From an uncultured Pseudomonadota bacterium (lineage in GTDB: Bacteria > Myxococcota_A > Polyangia > Fen-1088): a stretch of DNA of 64,000 nt. A program made the position numbers and the translations under genes. Shown here piece after piece: positions 1 through 7,669 of this stretch (position 1 is the stretch's first letter; each line of letters starts with the position of its first letter). The notes beneath the pieces are model-generated. The model ran no database searches and was not told the DNA's origin. It was given only the letters and a program-made list of their open reading frames with translations. Where the stretch lies: positions 480,009-544,008 of the forward strand of contig CAWKBC010000032.1 in assembly GCA_963847705.1 (NCBI GenBank), in the 5' to 3' direction.

Positions 1-2
1 TG

Positions 3-854
3 CTGGCGGCGGGGCTTCACCCGCGCGTGCGGTCGGGCGCCTCCGGATCGCACTACGCCGACGCCCGCACGCTCCCCATGATCCCTGGAATCGACGCGGT
101 CGGCCGGCTTGCCGACGGCACGCTCGTCTACTGCGTGGTGCACGACACCCCGTTCGGCACGATGGCCGAGCGGGTCGTCGTCGACCGCCGGCGCTGTGCG
201 CCGCTCCCCGAGGGGGTCGACGCGACGGCGATCGCGGCCGCCATGAACCCGGCGATGTCGTCGTGGCTCGCGCTCCAGCTGCGGGCGCCGCTCCGGCCCG
301 GCCAGAGCGTCTTCGTGCTGGGGGTGACCGGCAGCGCCGGCCAGATGGCGGTACCGATCGCCAGGCTCCTGGGGGCTGGCCGCATCGTGGGCGCCGGGCG
401 CGACGCCGGACGCCTGGCCTCCTCGGGCGCCGACGAGCTGGTCTCGCTGGCCGGTGACCCGGCTGCCGTCAGCGCCCGGATCGCCACCGCCGCCTGCGAT
501 TCGGATGTCGTCCTCGACTACCTCTGGGGCGAGCCCGCGGCCCAGGCGATGATGGCCATCCTCACCGCGCGGAGGGATCGCTCGAGACCGATCGACTGGG
601 TGCAGATCGGTTCCGTGGCCGGGCCGACGATGAGCCTCCCTTCGGCCGCCCTGCGTTCGACGAACCTCCGTGTGCTCGGCAGCGGTCAGGGCTCGGTGTC
701 GATCGCGCAGATCGTCGCCGAGCTTCCGCGGATCGCCGACGCGATCGCCAGCGGGAAGCTCGCGGTCGACGCCCTGCAGGTCCCGCTGGCGGACGTCGAG
801 AAGGCCTGGACGGCGCCGGTGCCGCCTGGACGGCGGGTCGTCCTGATCCCCTGA
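3..854 (+). CDS. Zinc-type alcohol dehydrogenase/quinone oxidoreductase-like (MDR family) protein, 5' end outside window
   Basis: IPGIDAVG, GTMAE and Rossmann VLGVTGSAG motifs; frame is open back to the window edge (LAAGLHPRVR). Confidence 0.85.
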   Translation: MAAGLHPRVRSGASGSHYADARTLPMIPGIDAVGRLADGTLVYCVVHDTPFGTMAERVVVDRRRCAPLPEGVDATAIAAAMNPAMSSWLALQLRAPLRPGQSVFVLGVTGSAGQMAVPIARLLGAGRIVGAGRDAGRLASSGADELVSLAGDPAAVSARIATAACDSDVVLDYLWGEPAAQAMMAILTARRDRSRPIDWVQIGSVAGPTMSLPSAALRSTNLRVLGSGQGSVSIAQIVAELPRIADAIASGKLAVDALQVPLADVEKAWTAPVPPGRRVVLIP

Positions 855-876
855 CGGGCCGCCGGGCTCTGTTCGC

Positions 877-2460
877 TCACCTCCGCGTGGCGCAGGAGAC
901 GTGCGCCAACGCCTCGGTGAGCGCCCCCGCCGGGTCGTCGGCCAGCGCGACCGAGCGCCAGCCGATGTGTCCGTCGGGTCGGATGAGCGAAGCGCCGCCC
1001 GCCGAGAGGCCGAACGCCTTGCGAAAGCCCTCGAGGTCGGAGGGTTGGAGATCGGCGCCGATGCCGAGGACCGTCAGGTCGATGCCGACCTTCTCCGCGG
1101 CCAGGGCGGCAGCGGCACGCCAGCGGTCGTCGTCCGCCAGCAGCAGCCAGCCGCGCTCGAAGAGCTCGAGCGTGGAGAGGCGCGCGCCGCCCTTCTCCAC
1201 CCAGAGGTGCGGCGCGCGCGTGCCGGGCTGACCGGCCCAGACCGCGGGGGTCGCCGCGTGCGGAAGCTCGGGGCCGGCGCCGATGACCGCCGTCGAACGA
1301 TAGAGTTGCCCGAGCTCCATGGCCGCCTCGTCGAGAATCGGCACGCCGTCGGCGACCCCGCGGGCGTGCTTCGCGTAGTCCGGCCGGACGAAGGTCTGCT
1401 CGAGGCGTCCCCAGGCGACCGGGCGTCGCTCGGCGTCGTAGGTCTCGAGCAGCTCCGGCCGGGAGGCGCCCGAGAGGACGGCCGAGAGCTTCCAGGCCAG
1501 GTTGTGAACGTCGTGGATGCCGGTGTTCGCCCCGAAACCTCCGCGCGTCGGTGGCAGGGTGTGGGCGGCATCGCCGGCGATGAACACGCGGCCGGAGGCG
1601 AAGCGGTCGGTGATGAGCGCGCTCAGCTCCCACCGGCCGGTGGTGATGATCTCGAGCGGGAGGTCGGTCCGGCCGATCGCCCTTCGGATGGCGGCGCGGA
1701 GCTCCTCGTCGTCTCGCTCCAGGTCGTCCATGAACATGAGCACCCAGCGCCCATCGCCGTAGGTCGTGAGGAAGGCTTTCAGGTCGGGCTGCTCGATCTC
1801 GAACTGGGAGATCCCTCTTTCGAGATATCCCTCGAGCGGCGCCCGAAAGAGCACGCTGCGGATGGTCTGCAGAGATCCGGGGCCCTTCCGTCCGATGGCG
1901 AGCGCCTCACGGACCGGGCTTCGGCTGCCGTCGGCCGCGATCAGATAGGCGGCCCGCAGGGTCGACTCTCGGCCGTCCCGGTCGCGCAGCCAGCCGGTCA
2001 CGCCGTCGGCGTCCTGCTCGAAACGAACGAGCGAGGTCCCGAGCCGAAGGTCTGCGCCGAGCGCCCGGGCTCTGTCGCGAAGGAGGGGCTCGAGGCGGTC
2101 CTGGGCGATCGCCGCTCCCGTGAAGGGCGAGTCGTCGGTCGGCGGCGCCGGCGGCTTCGCCTCGCCCGGCTTGGGCGGCGTCCACTCAGACTCCTCGAAC
2201 CACCGCCCGGCCAGGCTCTCGATCTTGCAGCGGCGCAGCCGGAAGCCGCGGGGCGCCTGGGGGATGAGCGCGCCCAGCCCGACGGTGCGGAAGAGCTCCA
2301 TCGTGCGGGGGGTGTAGCCGATTGCCCGCGGGTGCGGATGGCTGCCGGTGTGCGTCTCGACCAACACCGTCGGCACGCCCCGCCAACCAAGGAAGACGGC
2401 CGCCGAGAGGCCGACGAGGCTTCCGCCCACCACCAGCACCGATGTCGAATGGGGTTCCAT
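877..2460 (-). CDS. FAD-dependent monooxygenase (aromatic-ring hydroxylase family)
   Basis: VLVVGGSLVGLS, YLIAADGSRS, FIAGDAAH, GANTGIHD, C-terminal LIRPDGHI; ATG 2460 preceded by GAGGAGG RBS. Confidence 0.9.
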   Translation of the reverse strand: MEPHSTSVLVVGGSLVGLSAAVFLGWRGVPTVLVETHTGSHPHPRAIGYTPRTMELFRTVGLGALIPQAPRGFRLRRCKIESLAGRWFEESEWTPPKPGEAKPPAPPTDDSPFTGAAIAQDRLEPLLRDRARALGADLRLGTSLVRFEQDADGVTGWLRDRDGRESTLRAAYLIAADGSRSPVREALAIGRKGPGSLQTIRSVLFRAPLEGYLERGISQFEIEQPDLKAFLTTYGDGRWVLMFMDDLERDDEELRAAIRRAIGRTDLPLEIITTGRWELSALITDRFASGRVFIAGDAAHTLPPTRGGFGANTGIHDVHNLAWKLSAVLSGASRPELLETYDAERRPVAWGRLEQTFVRPDYAKHARGVADGVPILDEAAMELGQLYRSTAVIGAGPELPHAATPAVWAGQPGTRAPHLWVEKGGARLSTLELFERGWLLLADDDRWRAAAALAAEKVGIDLTVLGIGADLQPSDLEGFRKAFGLSAGGASLIRPDGHIGWRSVALADDPAGALTEALAHVSCATRR

Positions 2461-2500
2461 CTGCTGTCCCTCCTCGCCAATGCGTTTTTGTTCTTCTCGG

Positions 2501-2529
2501 CGAACATCGTTCGTGACGAACGCCGTTCG
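2501..2529. promoter_or_regulatory. Tandem TetR operator pair upstream of the monooxygenase
   Basis: CGAAC-ATC-GTTCG tga CGAAC-GCC-GTTCG; the 20-mer TTCGTGACGAACGCCGTTCG is also present upstream of tetR. Confidence 0.75.
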
Positions 2530-2567
2530 CTTGAGGTCACGAAAGGGCCTTCTCGGCCAGGTGATGA

Positions 2568-3353
2568 CTAGAGCGCGGCCTTTCGTGGCGTCTTCTTGCC
2601 GGTCTTCTTGCGGGTCTTCTTGCGCGTCACCGGGCGCATCTTCTGGGCGCCAACGACCGGCGGGCGCGGTGCCGACAGGATGCCCTGCAGCAGCACGTCG
2701 ATGGCCCAGGCCACGCGCTGACCGCCACTGCCCGAGAGGATCTCCTCGCGCGCCGCGTGGATGTGCGGATACTCGGCCGCCGAGACCCCGCGCACCGCGC
2801 GGGCGACGGCCCCGTTGGGATTGGCCGGGTCCTGCTTGGCGTCCTGGCCGCCGTGCTCCGCGGCCAGCGCCGTGGCGTAGAGCTGGAACAGGTCGGCGGC
2901 CCAGGCCGCGGTTCGGCGAGCGGCGCCCCCCTCCTGCAGGAGTGCCAGAAACCGCTCGGTGATGCGCAGGGCGTTGGGGCCGACGGCGATGGTGCGGAGG
3001 GCCAGCTGCGCCAGCCCCGGGGAGGCAAAGAGCACCTCCAGGTACGACCTCCACAAACTCTCGAGGTTCGCGCGCCAGTCAGCACGCTCGTTGCCTCGGA
3101 CGTCGACCCCCGCCAGCGCACCGTCGAGGACCAGGGCTTGAAGCGCCTGCAGGTCGTCGACATAGGCATAGAGGGAAGCCGGGCCGGTCTTGAGAGCGGT
3201 GGCCACCTTTCGAAGGCTCATCCCCGCCAGGCCGTCGCGCTTGAGCTGGCGCTGGGCCTCGGTGACGATCGCCAGACGGCTGAGCGGCGCCTTGCTGGGC
3301 CCGCCCCTCCGGCTGGTGACCTCTCGCGCCTGGAAGGGGTTTCGCTTCTTCAC
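2568..3353 (-). CDS. TetR/AcrR family transcriptional regulator with Lys/Arg-rich C-terminal tail
   Basis: HTH LSRLAIVTEA...GLAGMSLRKVATALKTGPASLYAYV; TetR_C-like C domain; tail TRKKTRKKTGKKTPRK. Confidence 0.9.
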   Translation of the reverse strand: MKKRNPFQAREVTSRRGGPSKAPLSRLAIVTEAQRQLKRDGLAGMSLRKVATALKTGPASLYAYVDDLQALQALVLDGALAGVDVRGNERADWRANLESLWRSYLEVLFASPGLAQLALRTIAVGPNALRITERFLALLQEGGAARRTAAWAADLFQLYATALAAEHGGQDAKQDPANPNGAVARAVRGVSAAEYPHIHAAREEILSGSGGQRVAWAIDVLLQGILSAPRPPVVGAQKMRPVTRKKTRKKTGKKTPRKAAL

Positions 3354-3355
3354 TT

Positions 3356-3390
3356 CACGAACAGTATTCGTGACGAACGCCGTTCGTCAA
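3356..3390 (-). promoter_or_regulatory. tetR promoter (TTGACG-18-TACTGT, leaderless) overlapped by two palindromic operators
   Basis: Minus strand TTGACG 3390-3385, TACTGT 3366-3361, GTG 7 nt later; palindromes TGACGAAC-GCC-GTTCGTCA and CACGAA-CAGTA-TTCGTG. Confidence 0.75.
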
Positions 3391-3399
3391 GCGCCGCCC

Positions 3400-3606
3400 T
3401 CAGGGCCGCGACGCGGGAGAGAACGCCGAACAGCGCGAGAGGGGCTGGCGGGGATACTTCACCGCCAGCGCGCTGCACCGCACGAACGCGGAGCGCGCGG
3501 TCTTGACCTCCCGGTGATGAGCGCAGCGCCAGCAGAGGCTCTCTGGATACGGCCGCCGGGCGGAATCGTGGGGGGACGGCGGTTCACCCGTGTCGGGCAT
3601 GGTCAC
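3400..3606 (-). CDS. Small Cys-rich protein (CxxC...C...C), possible metal/Fe-S binder
   Basis: SLCWRCAHH...FVRC...KYPRQPLSRC; GTGA overlap with the stop of the upstream lipoprotein. Confidence 0.65.
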   Translation of the reverse strand: MTMPDTGEPPSPHDSARRPYPESLCWRCAHHREVKTARSAFVRCSALAVKYPRQPLSRCSAFSPASRP

Positions 3607-4700
3607 ATCTGCTGGTTGAGAACGGCGATCCCGTCGAGATCGAAACCGGCGGTCGGCCCGCTGGTGATCGGATCGATGATCCCGCGCCCGAAGGAATCGA
3701 GGGTCGTCCCGTCACCAATGATATCGACGATGCGGACGTATTTGATCGCCGTCAGATCGACGGAGCCGTCGCGCACCAGGGGAGAGTTCCGGAGCGCCGC
3801 CAGATCGAAAGGCGTTCCGTAGCCGACCATGTAAGCGCCGGCGAGACCACCGATCTCGGCGGCCGTGCCCGAACACGATCCGCAGGGCGTCACCGCGCTG
3901 TGAAAAGCCGAGTCGAAGCGGGCGAAGTGACTCCCATCGCTCGAGACCTCGACGAAACCCAGCTCGAGGAAGACGTCGCTGGCGAAGCTGTTCTCGAAGA
4001 CCGCGAAGTCCCAGCTGGCCCCGTCGGTGATGGGAGAGGCAAATGTCATGGTGATCGTTCCGCCATTCCCCAGCACCACCACCGCGGTGGTGTCGGTTCC
4101 AGCCGGACCGAAAGCCTGGCTCGGCATCATCCACTTGGGGTCGCTCACCCCGGTGCCCGGAAGATAGGATGCCACCCCCGTCGCCCAGGCGACCACCCGC
4201 GGATCGTCGTAGGCGACCGCAGTCGTGGTCGGGTCCGGCGGGGCCGGCGCGTAGGTGGCCCGCACGTCGTAGACCGCGCTGAAAAGTGTCGGGACGCAAC
4301 CGGTCGCGGCGGTCTGGGCCAGCACCCGCGTGAGCCCCGAGAGCGCCGCCAGGCTCAGCGAGCGCGCGGGTTGAAAGACCGCGGTGGAGATCGCGGCGTC
4401 AGCAGGGAGCACGGCGATCTGAATCGGAAGCCCCCCCGGCGCGACGAACTTCAATATCTCGTCATTGGCGATGACCGAGAGGTCGGGCGCGAGCGGAACC
4501 GGACAGGCGCCGCCGTCCGAGCTCACGCCCGCGTCGAGCGAGCCACCATCGGCGGCCTGCCCGGCCGCGTCGCTTTCTGCGCTGGCGTCCCCGGTCGAAG
4601 GGAGGGGCGAGCTGCTTCCACAGGCGGCGGCGGCGAGGCTGAGACTCGCGAGCGCCGCCAGCGCCGTCCGACCGATTCGACTCTGCCGTCTGCCGGGCAT
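3603..4700 (-). CDS. Lipoprotein with beta-rich C-terminal cell-surface domain, candidate cobalamin-binding protein
   Basis: Lipobox LAAAAC, low-complexity linker, then LGNGGTITMTF..DFAVFENSF..FLELGFVEVSSDG..GTPFDL..GFDLDGI; second gene under the B12 riboswitch. Confidence 0.75.
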   Translation of the reverse strand: MPGRRQSRIGRTALAALASLSLAAAACGSSSPLPSTGDASAESDAAGQAADGGSLDAGVSSDGGACPVPLAPDLSVIANDEILKFVAPGGLPIQIAVLPADAAISTAVFQPARSLSLAALSGLTRVLAQTAATGCVPTLFSAVYDVRATYAPAPPDPTTTAVAYDDPRVVAWATGVASYLPGTGVSDPKWMMPSQAFGPAGTDTTAVVVLGNGGTITMTFASPITDGASWDFAVFENSFASDVFLELGFVEVSSDGSHFARFDSAFHSAVTPCGSCSGTAAEIGGLAGAYMVGYGTPFDLAALRNSPLVRDGSVDLTAIKYVRIVDIIGDGTTLDSFGRGIIDPITSGPTAGFDLDGIAVLNQQM

Positions 4701-4728
4701 GGAAGACCTCCGACCGTCGACCCCTCGC

Positions 4729-5958
4729 CTACGACCGGCGGGCCAACACGACGTAGGTGGTGCTCGACGCGCCGCTCACCGCGACCCAAAGTCGCTGCGC
4801 CCCGTCGACCAGAAACGAGAGCCCCTGCGACTGGGCCGGTGGCACCGTCAGGAGTGTCGACGGCGTGCCCATGGCCGTCAGGTCGCCGCTGCTCGTGAAC
4901 TTCTGCTGGACGACGTCGCTCGCGTCGAAGGTGGTCGAATCGAACGGCTGGAAGACCACCAGCCCCGGGTCGGTCGTGCTGGGAGCCAGCGCAGCCAGCG
5001 AGCCCGCGAAGCCGGCGATCGTGAAGAGGGTGACGCCGGCCGTGGCCGCCGCTCCGCGCGCCACCGAACTGGCGGCGAAGCCGCGTGCCTCTTGCATGCC
5101 GGTCGCGACCGAAGTCATCACCGCGAACAGATCGCCGTTCGAATCGGTCGTGGCCGGTCCGGCGTTGTCTCCCCAGGCGGCGACCAGCGCCGAGGCTGAG
5201 CAGCCTGTTCCGGTCCCGAGAGCCTGGGCCGGCGTCGAGCAAGCGTCCGCCGCGTACAGCCCAGGCACGTTCGTCGTGGGCATGCCGAGGGGTGAAAGGC
5301 CGGTGTACAAGAGTCGACCCAGCGATGAGGCGGCCGGCACGACGGCCACGCCATACGGTCCGTTCACGGTGTAGCTCGCGGCGATGGCTCCGCTCGCGAC
5401 CAGCTCGAACTGGCCGGTGCTGTCGGGGAATGGATTGGTCCAGGAGATCGCGGTCCAGCCGAAGAACGGAAGGTCGAGGGCCTGCGCGCCGAGGAACGTG
5501 GTGGCGGGAAGGGCCGCCGCGACGGGCGTGGTCTCCACGGTCATGGTGCCCGTGCTCCCCGTGGGCGCCGTCCAGCGCTCCAGGGTCACGCCGGTACCAG
5601 TCGCGGCCGCCTGGACGACCAGGGGTCCGCCATGCGATCCCCAGGTTGGAGCCTGAAACCCGATCGATTCGGGCGCCGTGTAGACAGCGACTGCACAGAA
5701 CGAGGCGTCGGCGATCGTGAAGGACGAAGAGAACGTCGACGGATCCAGGCAAGCTTGACCGCCAGCGCCACCGGCCGACTGTCCGCCAGCCCCCCCACTG
5801 CCGGCTTGTCCCGGTGCGCCTGCGGCCGCGCCACCTCTTCCACCACCGCCGGCAACGCCGGCGCCACCGTCGAGAACACTGGGCGGCGAAGAGCCGCTGC
5901 CGCACGCGGCAAAGAAGCCGCTCGCCAGGATCACACCGAGACCAGATAGACGACGCAT
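4729..5958 (-). CDS. Lipoprotein with Gly-rich linker and probable beta-propeller-like domain
   Basis: ATG 5958 with AAGGAG RBS; lipobox FFAAC; Gly/Ala tether; blade-like segments (GPATTDSNGDLFA, LVDGAQRLWVA); first gene after the riboswitch. Confidence 0.75.
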   Translation of the reverse strand: MRRLSGLGVILASGFFAACGSGSSPPSVLDGGAGVAGGGGRGGAAAGAPGQAGSGGAGGQSAGGAGGQACLDPSTFSSSFTIADASFCAVAVYTAPESIGFQAPTWGSHGGPLVVQAAATGTGVTLERWTAPTGSTGTMTVETTPVAAALPATTFLGAQALDLPFFGWTAISWTNPFPDSTGQFELVASGAIAASYTVNGPYGVAVVPAASSLGRLLYTGLSPLGMPTTNVPGLYAADACSTPAQALGTGTGCSASALVAAWGDNAGPATTDSNGDLFAVMTSVATGMQEARGFAASSVARGAAATAGVTLFTIAGFAGSLAALAPSTTDPGLVVFQPFDSTTFDASDVVQQKFTSSGDLTAMGTPSTLLTVPPAQSQGLSFLVDGAQRLWVAVSGASSTTYVVLARRS

Positions 5959-6040
5959 CGAATTGCTCCTTTGGGAAGACATTGGACTTTGCACCTCCGG
6001 CTCGGCCCGGACCTCGGGCGTCGCCGTCTGCGCGGCACGC

Positions 6041-6072
6041 AAAAAACCCCTCGCTCGAGCACGAACGAGGGG
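6041..6072 (-). terminator. Intrinsic terminator in the riboswitch expression platform
   Basis: Minus strand CCCCTCGTTCG-TGCT-CGAGCGAGGGG followed by TTTTTT, between aptamer and first ATG. Confidence 0.8.
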
Positions 6073-6142
6073 AACGGTTGCCGACCTCCGGGGAGCAAAG
6101 GACCGACGGCCGTTCTCCGTCCGCGCGGAGAAAAAAGCTTCG

Positions 6143-6320
6143 GCCTTCGGTAGGTCTCCTGGCTCGTGGATCGCAAATCGCAGACTTCGCGATTTGCGGC
6201 CACCCTCCCCTTCCCCGACCGTTGATCGAGTGGGTTCGTGAGGGCGGCCTCCACTTACAGTGGCGGGACCGCGCCGGCTTGGACCGGCTTCCCTGTTATG
6301 CCCAGTGGGCACCGAAGGCA
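6143..6320 (-). ncRNA. Cobalamin (B12) riboswitch
   Basis: Minus strand GGTGCCC...ATAACAGGGAAGCCGGT..AAGCCGGCGCGGTCCCGCCACTGTAA...CCACT...GGGAAG...GAGCCAGGAGACCTACC (B12 box); P1 GCCTTCGGT pairs with ACCGAAGGC; TTGACA at 6375-6370 upstream. Confidence 0.95.
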
Positions 6321-6496
6321 CCTATTCAGTTTTCAAACTACGGTTGCTTCAACCACCGCGCGCGGGAGGTGTCAAGCGACCGCAGCGATCCCGCTGCGCG
6401 ATGAGGGGCTCGCCCCTGGACCGCGGTCGAAGCGGCCCTGCGCAACATGGTGGACGCCGCGCGCATTTTCCGCGAGCGTCTGGCCCAAAGCGGCTC

Positions 6497-7573
6497 ATGA
6501 CGGACCCCCTCCCCACCCTCGAGGCGATCGGATTCGACGCGCACTTTCAAGGCCAGCTCGCCGCGCTGGGCGACGACCTGGTCGCGGCGCGAATCGCCAT
6601 CGCCCACGGTGAAAGCTACATCGCCTGGACGGCCCGCGGCGCCTGCAAGGCCGTCCTGACCGGCAACCGCCTCACCGACTGGAAAGGGGCGATCGACCGT
6701 CCTCAGGTCGGAGACTGGGTCGCGGGGACCACCTCCGATGCCCTCGACGCCTTCCTGGTGGCGCACCTCCTGGAACGCCGCACCTGCTTGATCCGTCAGG
6801 CCTCCGGAAAGCGTCCCGAACCCCAGGTCATCGCGGCGAACGTCGACGTGGTCGGGATCGTCAGCGCCTTCGGCGAGGGCAAGAGCGCGCGCGATCGGCG
6901 CCTCATCAATGAACCGCGGGTACGTCGTTTCCTGGCGGTCGCCGAGCAGAGCCGCGCCCAGCCGATCCTGATCGTCAACAAGATCGATCTCAGCGAGGAT
7001 CCCAGGGCGGTGACCGATCCGTTCGCGCAGAGTTTTCCCGGCGTCCCGGTGGTGCTGACCAGCGCGCTTGCCGGGGTGGGCCTCGACGCGCTCGGGCCCT
7101 GGCTCCCCCCCGGGAAGACGCTGGCTCTGATCGGCATGTCGGGCGTCGGCAAGTCGACGCTGGTCAACGCGCTGGTCGGCCGCGCCACCCAGCGCACCGG
7201 TGAGGTGCGCGAGAGCGACGCGCGGGGCCGCCACACCACCACCCACCGCGAGCTGATCGTGCTGGGGAGCGGCGCGCTCTTGATCGACACACCCGGCATG
7301 CGCGAGCTTGGTCTCTGGGAGACGGAGGTCGCCGAGGTCAACAAGGGGTTCGAGGACGTCGTGGCCATCGCAGCATCCTGTCGCTTCGGCGACTGCCGGC
7401 ACGAGACCGAACCAGGCTGCGCCATCCGCGACGCGCTGGCGACCGGTGCGCTGTCGCCAGCGCGCTGGAGCAGCTACCAGAAGCAGGAGCAGAAGTCCGA
7501 GGTGTCACAGAACCGCGGGGCGGGCCGCGGGAAGCGCACTGCCCGCAATCTCTCCGGGCCTCGCAAGCGCTGA
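6497..7573 (+). CDS. rsgA: Ribosome small subunit-dependent GTPase A
   Basis: VGDWV, AANVD, NKID, GMSGVGKST, GRHTTT, DTPGMR, C-terminal CRFGDCRHETEPGC zinc finger. Confidence 0.95.
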   Translation: MTDPLPTLEAIGFDAHFQGQLAALGDDLVAARIAIAHGESYIAWTARGACKAVLTGNRLTDWKGAIDRPQVGDWVAGTTSDALDAFLVAHLLERRTCLIRQASGKRPEPQVIAANVDVVGIVSAFGEGKSARDRRLINEPRVRRFLAVAEQSRAQPILIVNKIDLSEDPRAVTDPFAQSFPGVPVVLTSALAGVGLDALGPWLPPGKTLALIGMSGVGKSTLVNALVGRATQRTGEVRESDARGRHTTTHRELIVLGSGALLIDTPGMRELGLWETEVAEVNKGFEDVVAIAASCRFGDCRHETEPGCAIRDALATGALSPARWSSYQKQEQKSEVSQNRGAGRGKRTARNLSGPRKR

Positions 7574-7579
7574 CCGTCG

Positions 7580-7612
7580 TACGACGACCGTCGGACTACG
7601 ACGGTCGTCGTA
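7580..7612 (+). terminator. Probable intrinsic terminator after rsgA
   Basis: Perfect 14-bp stem TACGACGACCGTCG-GACTA-CGACGGTCGTCGTA followed by T-rich tcgtttattt. Confidence 0.75.
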
Positions 7613-7669
7613 TCGTTTATTTGCGGCTTATTGCTTGACGGACAACCCGCATTGCGATGATTTCACCAC

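Noticed and set aside
877-3054. 725-aa monooxygenase with a long N-terminal extension
   Set aside because: The extension overlaps tetR off-frame and runs through the operators; RBS and the Rossmann motif place the start at 2460
5959-6496. N-terminal extensions of ORFs 4729..6321 and 6260..7573
   Set aside because: They run through the riboswitch, terminator and promoter region; better starts are 5958 and 6497
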